64,000 nucleotides of DNA from Bacilli bacterium (lineage in GTDB: Bacteria; Bacillota_I; Bacilli_A; RFN20; CAG-826): the NCBI GenBank assembly GCA_017429285.1, contig JAFRPF010000001.1, positions 40,299-104,298 on the forward strand, read 5' to 3'. The notes beneath the pieces are model-generated. The model was given only the letters and a program-made list of their open reading frames with translations. It was not told the DNA's origin and did not search any database. Positions 32,663 through 41,578 of the stretch are shown here, piece after piece (position 1 is the first letter of the stretch; each line of letters opens with the position of its first letter). The translations under genes were made by a program, and so were the position numbers.

Positions 32663-33569
32663 TCCTAATTTAAAAGAGAACAAATTCAAAAGAGCATTAG
32701 TCTCTCCTTTTAGAAATATTGTTAAAGCTATTTCAAAGACCGCTTATGTCAAATATCAATATAAATATATCACTCATCATAAGTGTGATTTAACTAACCC
32801 AACTAGATATACAGAGAAGCTCCAATATTTGAGATTATTTGTCTATCCAAAAGATCCTTTAGTCGTTCAATGTGCGGGTCGTGCAGGAGTAAGAGAATAT
32901 CTCAAAAAACGCGGATTTATTGATAAATTAATCCCGATTTACGGAGTTTTTGATAAATTTAGTGATATTGATTTTGATAAATTACCAGATCAATTTGTGA
33001 TGAAGTGTACCCATGCTTGTGCCTTTAATTACATCTGCTATGACAAATCTAAAATTGATAAAAAAGCTCTAGAAAAGAAATTTAATAAATGGTTAAAAAC
33101 TAACTACGGTAAAAAGACCGTGGAGATGCATTACGCTCCTATCAAACCACAAATAATAATCGAAAAATTAATGCTCGAAGATGGAAAACTACCAACCGAA
33201 TATAAGATCCACGTCTTTAACGGCAAAGCTAGAAGTATGTATGTTGTTACTTCTCGTGGAGTGGATATTAGATATAACAACTATTACATCGATTGGACAC
33301 CATTTGATGGTTCCCAATTTAATGGTTGGAAAAAGACTGATTATCCGTTAAATAAACCCGATCACTGGAATGATATGATAGAGATGTCTGAAATCTTAGC
33401 GGAACCATTCCCATTTGTCCGTGTCGATTTATATAACATTAATGGAAAAATATATTTTTCAGAGATGACTTTTACCCCCGCCAAAGGAACACTCATCTTA
33501 GACGATGATAAGTGTGATTTTGAAATGGGTGAATGGTTAGATATCAATAAATATATTAATGCCAAGTAG
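32655..33569 (+). CDS. TupA-like ATP-grasp protein
   Basis: NPTRYTEKLQY, LPDQFVMKCTH, PQIIIEK, EYKIHVFNG and FVRVDLY...IYFSEMTFTP. Confidence 0.85.
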   Translation: MSNPNLKENKFKRALVSPFRNIVKAISKTAYVKYQYKYITHHKCDLTNPTRYTEKLQYLRLFVYPKDPLVVQCAGRAGVREYLKKRGFIDKLIPIYGVFDKFSDIDFDKLPDQFVMKCTHACAFNYICYDKSKIDKKALEKKFNKWLKTNYGKKTVEMHYAPIKPQIIIEKLMLEDGKLPTEYKIHVFNGKARSMYVVTSRGVDIRYNNYYIDWTPFDGSQFNGWKKTDYPLNKPDHWNDMIEMSEILAEPFPFVRVDLYNINGKIYFSEMTFTPAKGTLILDDDKCDFEMGEWLDINKYINAK

Positions 33570-34506
33570 TGTGTGGGAAGCTTACTTCATACACCATTAA
33601 GGCATGATAAACTTCTTCATCAACATATATAGGTTTGGCCTTGGTATTTTCAGGGTCATCCTTTTCCTCTTGGCTATATTTGCCGTTATAAATATTATCT
33701 ACGCTATATTGCATTGAGAAACCGCATAATCTATTCGTATCAAATTTCTCTAACGAGAAACCGAAACAAATATACATTTCCCATCTTCCAGCGTAAGGTT
33801 CTAAGAAGTGATCATCACCAGAGTTTGTGGGAACATTACTTATTTTATAAGTAATTGGTTGATATGTATACCCGGTATCATTTTTTAAATATAAACCAAT
33901 ATGAAGAGAAATATCAGAATAGCATGTTGGTAAATTTTGATCGTCTTTTTTAACTACTGATCCTTTAAAATTTGTCATGAAATAAGAGGCATCATTACTT
34001 TCTTTGGGAAGTAAAACACCCATACCTTTTTTCTGATCTTTATTATTTGGTTCGAGTTGAGTTCTAGCTTGTTGGAAATCACCATTGCAGAACATTTGTC
34101 CATCAAATAGTTTAGAAGTCACACCATATTTAAATGAGTCACTATATTTGGATAATTTCACATCCGGACCATAGGCTTTTAAATCCTTATTCTCAGGAAC
34201 ACTATCTTTATCATATGTATAAGCATAACTAGCCCACAAAGGTTCGACTTTATGGAAGTTATTATCATTTAATGATAAGAAAACGTTATTAGTTTCTTCA
34301 TCTAAAGCGACTTCGTCTTTTTTTGCGGTGATCTTATTCTTTTCTAAATTTGGATTAATCCCATCATTCCAAACGTTATAATAATTCTCTAAAAAATTCG
34401 TGGAATTATAAGGAATGCCATTATAAGTTTCTTTTAATCCATATCCACAAGCGGTAATAAGAATTGATGGAGCAATTAATAATAATTTAAATCTTGATAA
34501 TTTCAT
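33556..34506 (-). CDS. Hypothetical lipoprotein
   Basis: Signal peptide with lipobox ITAC; overlaps the stop of the upstream gene. Confidence 0.75.
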   Translation of the reverse strand: MKLSRFKLLLIAPSILITACGYGLKETYNGIPYNSTNFLENYYNVWNDGINPNLEKNKITAKKDEVALDEETNNVFLSLNDNNFHKVEPLWASYAYTYDKDSVPENKDLKAYGPDVKLSKYSDSFKYGVTSKLFDGQMFCNGDFQQARTQLEPNNKDQKKGMGVLLPKESNDASYFMTNFKGSVVKKDDQNLPTCYSDISLHIGLYLKNDTGYTYQPITYKISNVPTNSGDDHFLEPYAGRWEMYICFGFSLEKFDTNRLCGFSMQYSVDNIYNGKYSQEEKDDPENTKAKPIYVDEEVYHALMVYEVSFPHTTWH

Positions 34507-35929
34507 CGTCTTTTTCCTCCTTATTTTCTTGTGGTTTTTCTTCTTTAATCACTGGTTTAACTTTGTTAAATGCATATCCTAATAAGAACAAAACAATAAT
34601 TAAAGGTGAACTAGTAAAGAATGGAGATAAATTATTAGCGTTTATAAGTGGGTAATTATCAAAAAGAATTAAGGAGACGAATAAGAATCCTAATACGTAT
34701 CCCGCAATTTGATATCTATCCGCTTCTTCATCTTCCCCATGATCTATATAATTAAATAATTTCTTAATAGCGATAATAATGCCACCAAGGAAGAATAACG
34801 CACCAAATAATCCACTACTTTGTAAGTTATCAAAAATCCAGAAACCAGACAAAACTTGTTTCACGCCATTTTCATATTGATAAGCATATAAACCTACTGG
34901 AATACCAAATATTTTCTCTTTAGAGAATAAATCTTGAAGAATAGCGTTGATACTAATAGCGAAGCGGTTGGAATTAAATAATCGATCCATTAAAGCATTC
35001 TTACTAATCGCATTTCTTAAACCAGTTGTAAATCCCCAATTCTTTTGAGCGTTTAAAAACAAAATGATTATGGCAATAACAACAATCGCTCCAATAGCGA
35101 TCATCATCCAATTAAATACACCACGATATTGTTTTAATTTACCCGCTAAGATAATAATCGCAATTCCAACAATTAAAACTAAATCGCTTAATAAAGTTAA
35201 TTTAGAAATAGTAAATAATAAGGAAATAAAAGCTAATATAGATAATACTAAATAGATAAGGAAAACATTTCTATTTTCTTTATATTTAATAAAGAATGAA
35301 GGAATAACAGCGGTTAATAATAAGGATGGGAATAATGACCAATAGCCAATTGAAACTTCACTAATCTGGAAGCCATAAAGCATATAAGCCATCGAACCAA
35401 TCGGCACTAATGAGGCTTTGCCATCATAAACAAAATAAGAATTCTTATATATTAAGGTATAAAATGGCACGTAATAGACCATCGTCGCGATTAAGTTAAT
35501 TAAAACAAATATTCCTAACGCGGAATAAATAACAAGCAAAGCGGTTCTTATTTTAAATTTAGAAATATAAGTAGATAAAAATCCAGATAATCCAATGCAT
35601 GTTAAGCATATTGGAACAAATATTGATTCCGCCACACCAATCGCACCAACAGAGTTATAGTTAAATCTACTTAAAGCGGTTAATAAACCAAAAACAAATA
35701 TTGGAAATATAAAAAACGCAAAAGAAGATATTTGATCAACTTTAATTTGTCTAAAAGTCACTAAAAGTAATAGTAACATTAAAACCAAGGATAAAATTCC
35801 ATAAAGCAAGAAGGAATGGCCTAAATAAAAAGAGACGAAGGCTAACACTTCTAAACATAAAAAGCCAACGACTATTCCATAATTTGAAAAATCAAATCTT
35901 ACTTTTTTATTTACTGTTTCTTCAGACAT
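34487..35929 (-). CDS. Multi-TM protein, O-antigen ligase/Wzy polymerase-like
   Basis: About 12 TM with a large loop before the last TMs (R...IFG.PVG...FDNLQSSGLFG); next to wzx and glycosyltransferase genes. Confidence 0.55.
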   Translation of the reverse strand: MSEETVNKKVRFDFSNYGIVVGFLCLEVLAFVSFYLGHSFLLYGILSLVLMLLLLLVTFRQIKVDQISSFAFFIFPIFVFGLLTALSRFNYNSVGAIGVAESIFVPICLTCIGLSGFLSTYISKFKIRTALLVIYSALGIFVLINLIATMVYYVPFYTLIYKNSYFVYDGKASLVPIGSMAYMLYGFQISEVSIGYWSLFPSLLLTAVIPSFFIKYKENRNVFLIYLVLSILAFISLLFTISKLTLLSDLVLIVGIAIIILAGKLKQYRGVFNWMMIAIGAIVVIAIIILFLNAQKNWGFTTGLRNAISKNALMDRLFNSNRFAISINAILQDLFSKEKIFGIPVGLYAYQYENGVKQVLSGFWIFDNLQSSGLFGALFFLGGIIIAIKKLFNYIDHGEDEEADRYQIAGYVLGFLFVSLILFDNYPLINANNLSPFFTSSPLIIVLFLLGYAFNKVKPVIKEEKPQENKEEKDDEIIKI

Positions 35930-35966
35930 AACCTAATTATATTACATATAAAGAAATTTTAAGCAC

Positions 35967-35992
35967 AAAAAAAGCGGTGACCCGCATTTTTT
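35967..35992 (-). terminator. Terminator of the acidic microprotein gene
   Basis: GCGG-GTCA-CCGC followed by T7 on the minus strand. Confidence 0.75.
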
Positions 35993-35995
35993 GAA

Positions 35996-36139
35996 TTATT
36001 CTTCTGGTTCGAAGTAGAAGTCATCAGAAGTATATTCCATATTGAGATATTCATCAGCGGATTGATAAGCTTCAAGAATTTCAAGCTCTTCGTTTTCTGT
36101 TAATTCGTTACGATCTCTTGGTCCGAAATAATTGTCCAT
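35996..36139 (-). CDS. 47-aa highly acidic microprotein (not in the ORF track)
   Basis: MDNYFGPRDRNELTENEELEILEAYQSADEYLNMEYTSDDFYFEPEE; AAAGGAG RBS, TATAAT upstream and its own terminator. Confidence 0.75.
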   Translation of the reverse strand: MDNYFGPRDRNELTENEELEILEAYQSADEYLNMEYTSDDFYFEPEE

Positions 36140-36168
36140 AATGATTCTCCTTTACCATTATACTTTTG

Positions 36169-36198
36169 ATAACTATGTTTCTTCTTGCCCATAACTAT
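36169..36198. repeat. ATAACTAT direct repeat, 22-bp period (candidate operator)
   Basis: Copies at 36169-76 and 36191-98 in the promoter of the 47-aa gene. Confidence 0.5.
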
Positions 36199-36365
36199 AT
36201 CACTAAGTAATAATTCCTTTAAAGACATTTTTAAAAAAATTTAGACAGTGTATAAATTCAGTATATTTTTAGTAGACAGAAATATTGAATGAAACTATCT
36301 TCTTTATAAAATAAAGGGGTTCAAAAATTAGTTGATATATTTCTTTATTAAGGTATTATTAATCT

Positions 36366-36971
36366 ATGGACGAAATGAAGAGTAAAGAACAAATTATCGC
36401 TGATAATCTCGCCTATTATCGTAAAGCGGCTGGATTAACACAGCTTGAAATCGCTGATAAATTTAACTATTCCGATAAATCAATCTCTAAATGGGAAAGA
36501 GCGGAAGGTTTACCAGATGTTTTAGTGCTCAAATCTTTAGCGGATTTTTACGGCATTCAAGTCGATGACTTTTTTAATGAAGAAAAGAAGAAAACTCCTT
36601 TGACAAAAAAGAGTAAACACTACTTCATCGTCGGTTTAAGTGAATTATTACTCTGGTTAGTGTTCGCTGTCGCCTTTGTTTTGTTTGCTATTTCACCAAT
36701 TAAAGATGTTTTTCCTTGGTGGTTAATATTTATTTACGCTTCTGCCGCTTCATCAATTCTCGCGGTTGTTTGGTCTGGTGTTTACCATAATAAATTATTA
36801 CAACTTATCGCCACCTCTGGAATTATTTGGTTAAGTATTACATCTTTATTCTTAACACTATTATTAACTACCACGATGCCGATGCTTTGGCTATTATATC
36901 TTATTGGTATTCCCCTTCAAGGTTTAGCGGTGTTATGGTATTTCTTAAAAAGAAATTCACATAAAAAATAA
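36366..36971 (+). CDS. XRE/Cro-family HTH regulator with C-terminal TM helices
   Basis: NLAYYRKAAGLTQLEIADKFNYSDKSISKWERAEGLPD followed by about 4 TM helices. Confidence 0.9.
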   Translation: MDEMKSKEQIIADNLAYYRKAAGLTQLEIADKFNYSDKSISKWERAEGLPDVLVLKSLADFYGIQVDDFFNEEKKKTPLTKKSKHYFIVGLSELLLWLVFAVAFVLFAISPIKDVFPWWLIFIYASAASSILAVVWSGVYHNKLLQLIATSGIIWLSITSLFLTLLLTTTMPMLWLLYLIGIPLQGLAVLWYFLKRNSHKK

Positions 36972-36998
36972 AATCGGTTCATCGAAACCGATTTTTAT
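36968..36998. terminator. Bidirectional terminator
   Basis: AAAATCGGTT-CATCGA-AACCGATTTT. Confidence 0.8.
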
Positions 36999-37840
36999 TT
37001 AAGTCCATCATTGATATATAGAATACCAAGTGTCTTAGGACCACAGTGGGAAGTGATCGTCGCTTGCGCTACTGTTTCATAAATTGTTTTGAAGCCGCGT
37101 TTCTTTAAATGTTCTTTAGCGATCTGTACCATCTCTGGCGTGGCATGAGAATGAGTCACGAAGGCGATTGATAAATCAGGATTATTAAATTCCTCTAATG
37201 TGTCGCGACAATAATTATCGACACACTTTTCATTTTTACCACTATATTTCTTTTGTGGTGACATCTTTCCATTAGCCACAATAATTTGTGGTTTGATTCT
37301 GAATAAAGCAGCGGAGAACCTGGCTAAACCAGAGCATCTTCCACCTTTATGTAAATAATTCAAAGAATTAATCACAAAGCTAGCTTGAACATAAGGAACA
37401 CGAGCTTTAACTTTCTCAACAATCTCTTCTGGTTTTAATCCTTCATTAGCTAATTTACGCGCATAGATTGCTAACAAAGCAATACCTGTTGATAATGATT
37501 CAGAATCGATGACATAAACATTTTTCATAATAGAAGCGGCCGCCATCGCATTTTGGCAAGCAGAAGAAATACCACTACTTAATGAAATATGAATAACTGC
37601 GTCATGATTTCTTAATAATTTTGTAAAGTATTGATCAAATTGGAATTCGTTGACCGCAGCAGTCTTTGGTAAGATTCCTGTCTTATCAACATATTCAAAA
37701 ATCTCAGTGGGAGTGATATCTCCATCTAATCCACTTTTATCACCTAAAATAACAGTGAATGGAATAACACTGATGTCATATTCTTTTTGTAATTCTTTTG
37801 GTAAATCGAGGGTCGATTCAGTAGAAATGGCTATTTTCAT
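36995..37840 (-). CDS. DegV/FakB fatty-acid-binding protein
   Basis: STESTLDL, LSSGISS, LHKGGRC and HCGP. Confidence 0.92.
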   Translation of the reverse strand: MKIAISTESTLDLPKELQKEYDISVIPFTVILGDKSGLDGDITPTEIFEYVDKTGILPKTAAVNEFQFDQYFTKLLRNHDAVIHISLSSGISSACQNAMAAASIMKNVYVIDSESLSTGIALLAIYARKLANEGLKPEEIVEKVKARVPYVQASFVINSLNYLHKGGRCSGLARFSAALFRIKPQIIVANGKMSPQKKYSGKNEKCVDNYCRDTLEEFNNPDLSIAFVTHSHATPEMVQIAKEHLKKRGFKTIYETVAQATITSHCGPKTLGILYINDGLK

Positions 37841-37873
37841 TTCGTTAATCTCCTAATTAAATATTATAGTCAA

Positions 37874-38854
37874 TTAATTGACTCTCAAAAAGTCCTTAAT
37901 AGTCTGATCGTATTTTTCTAAGGCATTATTTCTAATATGCGAATGGCTTCCTTCAGTAAACCAAACAAACTTTTTATTCTTGCTCGGGCAAGCATCAAAT
38001 ACTTTAACGGCGTTCTCAGGAAGCGAATACTTATCATTTTTTGTATGGATAAATAAAACTGGAATATCAATCGTTTTAATATTATTGAGCGGTGAAGCTT
38101 TCTTAACCGATTGACCGGTGTACATCTTAAACCAGAACCATATTAAATAGAAAACTGGAAACTTCTTATGTCCTAAATCAACATAATGTCTTTCATAAGA
38201 TTCTAGGAAGTTAATAAAGACGCCATCGAAGACGATTTTTTCAATGAGCTGTTTCCCGTTTTTAAAATTATAAGCAATAGTACCAGCGCTTCCACCGACA
38301 CAGACGCAGTGTAAAACAAATTTTTCTTGTTTAAAATTATCGTGAATATAATTCATCCAAGCAACGATATCTTCGCCTTCTTTAATACCAACTGTGGAAT
38401 AATGGCCTTCACTAAAGCCATGACTTCTAGGATCAACAAATAATAAATTATATCCAGATTCTAAATAAGGCTTTGCGTAATAATAGGCGTAGATCAAACA
38501 CTCACATCTACCACATAAAAATGTCGCTGTTTTCTTATGACCGAAATCATAAAATTCACCCATTAATTTGAGCCCATCATTAATAATAGAAACTTCTTTT
38601 TTATATTTGGAGTATTGAGACATAAATTCAATACCTTCATCCCACATCTTCACCTGTTCAGGGTTATTAGGAGCAGAGCACACTCTTCCCCAACCTTCAC
38701 CCATCTTATTGCTAAGGGTGTGTAAATAAACTCTTCTAGCAATGGCAAAGACAAGCCAAATAGAAAATAAAAGAGAGGATAATAGGAAAATGGAAACGCC
38801 GATAATAACCCAGTGATACCATGTTAAATTAACTAAAATTAATGGCAAAAACAT
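37874..38854 (-). CDS. Membrane-anchored alpha/beta hydrolase (YqkD-like) with Cys at the nucleophile position
   Basis: N-terminal TM, DPRSHGFSEG, elbow LHCVCVGG, HTKND acid and GSH His. Confidence 0.8.
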   Translation of the reverse strand: MFLPLILVNLTWYHWVIIGVSIFLLSSLLFSIWLVFAIARRVYLHTLSNKMGEGWGRVCSAPNNPEQVKMWDEGIEFMSQYSKYKKEVSIINDGLKLMGEFYDFGHKKTATFLCGRCECLIYAYYYAKPYLESGYNLLFVDPRSHGFSEGHYSTVGIKEGEDIVAWMNYIHDNFKQEKFVLHCVCVGGSAGTIAYNFKNGKQLIEKIVFDGVFINFLESYERHYVDLGHKKFPVFYLIWFWFKMYTGQSVKKASPLNNIKTIDIPVLFIHTKNDKYSLPENAVKVFDACPSKNKKFVWFTEGSHSHIRNNALEKYDQTIKDFLRVN

Positions 38855-38874
38855 TGCAAAACCCTAATTTTTGT

Positions 38875-39813
38875 TTATTTTTTTGCTAAAACACTGGCTA
38901 AGAATTTTCTTTCTTCTTCACAGTCTTTACTGACTGGTCTATCCGCTAGGAAAAATAAGACTGCTAAACCTGGTCCGACATTCACACCGTTAGATTGACC
39001 TAAACGACACTTTAAGACGGTAGCCTTAGGAGCTACTTTATGAGCAATCTTCACAAATTCATCACATTGTTCTTCTCTAATAGAATGAGCACAGATAATT
39101 GTGGTTTTTTCTTCTTTTGTTAAATATTCTTTTAGGAATTCTTCCGCTACTTTATAGGAAGCTTTATATCCTCTAGCGTTACCTAAAACGCATGGCATAC
39201 CGGTTTCATTAGAGAAATCCGCCATTGGTTTAACACCAGCCATCGTTCCAAAGAAAGCTTTGGCTTTAGAGATACGTCCACTTCGATGAAGGAAAAATAA
39301 ATTATCTAAGACACCAACTTGATGTAAGCATAATTTTCTTTCTTCTAAGAAATTAAAGTTATCTTCTATACTCATGCCTTTACTTCTATTTTCGGAAGCT
39401 AAAACTGCTAGGATAGATATGCCCGCACTATATCTTTTGGAGTCAACGACATATAAATGTCTATTTGGATATTTTGCTTCAAGTTCATTTTTGGCTTGAA
39501 TAAATGCGTTATATGTTCCAGACATACCACTTGATAATGTGACCGATAAAACATCTTGTCCGTTTTTGAAATATTCTTCCACTCTTTGGGAGATTCTGAA
39601 TTGATTTGGTAAACCAGATTTGAAGTTCTCTTTTTTATCTAATCTTTTATAGAACTCTTCAAAGGAAATCGTTTCCCAATCGTAATCCGCATCATGATCG
39701 CTTCCGTCAGGATATAAGACGGTTCCTGGAACTGGATTTTCAATTCCATATTCTTTTCTTTGTTCCTTGCTTAAGTCCATGCAAGAATCTGTTAAAATGA
39801 CATATTTTTCCAT
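38875..39813 (-). CDS. DegV/FakB family protein, second paralogue
   Basis: TDSCMDL, LSSGMSGTY and LHRSGRI; C-terminal NVGPG in place of HxGPG. Confidence 0.88.
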   Translation of the reverse strand: MEKYVILTDSCMDLSKEQRKEYGIENPVPGTVLYPDGSDHDADYDWETISFEEFYKRLDKKENFKSGLPNQFRISQRVEEYFKNGQDVLSVTLSSGMSGTYNAFIQAKNELEAKYPNRHLYVVDSKRYSAGISILAVLASENRSKGMSIEDNFNFLEERKLCLHQVGVLDNLFFLHRSGRISKAKAFFGTMAGVKPMADFSNETGMPCVLGNARGYKASYKVAEEFLKEYLTKEEKTTIICAHSIREEQCDEFVKIAHKVAPKATVLKCRLGQSNGVNVGPGLAVLFFLADRPVSKDCEEERKFLASVLAKK

Positions 39814-40068
39814 TTACTTTAAATTCCTTTCAATGTAATCAATTACATCTTTTACATTAGTAAAATCATCAAAAGAGGAGTCTTGAAACTCAATATTAAA
39901 AGTTTGTTCAATAGAGATTGCTAAATAAAGAACACCGATTGAAGTTAAACCTAAATCGCTTCTTAAATCGCTTTCTTCACTAACATCTTCTAACAAACTT
40001 CCATTCGATGAATTAGCGAGTTTGATGAGCTCTTTTAACTTGTTAAATATTTCTAATCTAGTCATCAA
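39814..40068 (-). CDS. Acyl carrier protein
   Basis: 84 aa and acidic; L..DLGLTSI...L...IEQ.F.I phosphopantetheine motif (TS instead of DS). Confidence 0.85.
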   Translation of the reverse strand: MMTRLEIFNKLKELIKLANSSNGSLLEDVSEESDLRSDLGLTSIGVLYLAISIEQTFNIEFQDSSFDDFTNVKDVIDYIERNLK

Positions 40069-41578
40069 TATTCACCTTTCCCCTAATAATCTTCATCGCT
40101 GGAGTTCTTTTAAAATCTTCTTTTCTGATAACTATTTTACTGATACGTGAGAAAGAAGGTAACAAATTATTTATTTTTTTAATTTGTTCCTTTAAAAATT
40201 CTTCCTTATCGTTAACATCTAATTTCATCATTTCACCCATTCTTGGATAAACTGATAAAACTAATCTATTAGTGTTTTCCTCTAAATACACCATTGTGTC
40301 TTGAATGATATCTAATTCATCAAACTTATTTTCTAAATCAAATGGCGAAATCTTTTCTCCCGTAGGAAGAACGATAATTTCTTTAATTCTACCGACAATA
40401 TATAAAAATCCTTCTTCATCAAATCTTACTAGATCGCCAGTTTTAAAGAAGCCATCTTCTGAGAAAGCATTTTTATTTTCTTCTTCCTCACCATAATAAC
40501 AATCCATGACATTATCGCCTTTAATCCATAGTTCTCCATCGACGACTTTTAATTCTTGATGTGGATAAGGGAACCCAACGGAAGCGGGTTTATATTCACT
40601 ACGCGGATTACCAGAAACAAGGTTTGCGGATTCTGTTAAACCATAACCTGGTAAAAGAGTGATGTTATATTTCTTATATTCTTTAACAAGAAATGGAGCA
40701 ACCGTCGAAGCTCCGGCGATGATATAAGATAAAGAATCGCCTAACATATTTTTATTAAATTGTTTGGATAAGTTTAAACACATTTCTGCTAAAGCAGGAA
40801 CCATGACCATGACAGTCGGTCTAAAAACCGCGATATCTCTAAACATATCTTTATTATTTTGAGTAATAAATAAAGCACTACCGGTTTGTAAGGAAGTTAA
40901 TAAATTTCTCACTAATCCAAAAACGTGAGTTAACGGTAAAACTAATAAATATTTTTGTTTAAAGACATGTTTAATACCAAAGCAGCCGTTACAAGCGCCA
41001 CGACATAAAGCTTTATTATTTAGTAGTGCTCCTTTACTTTTTCCTGTGGTGCCACCTGTAAAAATAATTGAGGCAGGATCTTTAGGATTAACACTAACAC
41101 TAGGCTCCACTTTTTCGCTTGTGCTAGTGGCATCAATTAATGTCATTCTATGTGGAAAGTTAACTAAACCATCTACCTTTTCTTTTAATGAAGGATAATA
41201 CACCAAAGCCTTCATTTTGAATTTTATGGAGCAGCCAAATAAAGCTTCAGTGGGCAAAAAAGGAGGAAGTAAAACAGCCACTCCGCCTAATGTTTCAATC
41301 GCTAAGTAAGCCTTGACCCATTCCAAGCTATTAGGAGCAAAAACCCCTACAAAATCCCCTTTATTTATGCCTTTTTCCTTTAAAATCGCTCTAAAATGAG
41401 CAACTTCTAAATCTAATTGTTCATAGGTCCATGAACGAGAAATATCACTTAATGCGACATCTTTTTTAAACTCTTTAACGGAGTTTTCCCATAACTCACT
41501 TAAAGAATCAAAACACTTAATTCTTTCAAATTCTTCTTTAACTGTATAACTCACAAAATGATTTTCATTTACTAACAT
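40058..41578 (-). CDS. Long-chain fatty acid--CoA/ACP ligase (ANL superfamily)
   Basis: FTGGTTGKSKG, GYGLTE and FKTGDL...GRIKEIIV. Confidence 0.9.
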   Translation of the reverse strand: MLVNENHFVSYTVKEEFERIKCFDSLSELWENSVKEFKKDVALSDISRSWTYEQLDLEVAHFRAILKEKGINKGDFVGVFAPNSLEWVKAYLAIETLGGVAVLLPPFLPTEALFGCSIKFKMKALVYYPSLKEKVDGLVNFPHRMTLIDATSTSEKVEPSVSVNPKDPASIIFTGGTTGKSKGALLNNKALCRGACNGCFGIKHVFKQKYLLVLPLTHVFGLVRNLLTSLQTGSALFITQNNKDMFRDIAVFRPTVMVMVPALAEMCLNLSKQFNKNMLGDSLSYIIAGASTVAPFLVKEYKKYNITLLPGYGLTESANLVSGNPRSEYKPASVGFPYPHQELKVVDGELWIKGDNVMDCYYGEEEENKNAFSEDGFFKTGDLVRFDEEGFLYIVGRIKEIIVLPTGEKISPFDLENKFDELDIIQDTMVYLEENTNRLVLSVYPRMGEMMKLDVNDKEEFLKEQIKKINNLLPSFSRISKIVIRKEDFKRTPAMKIIRGKVNIDD

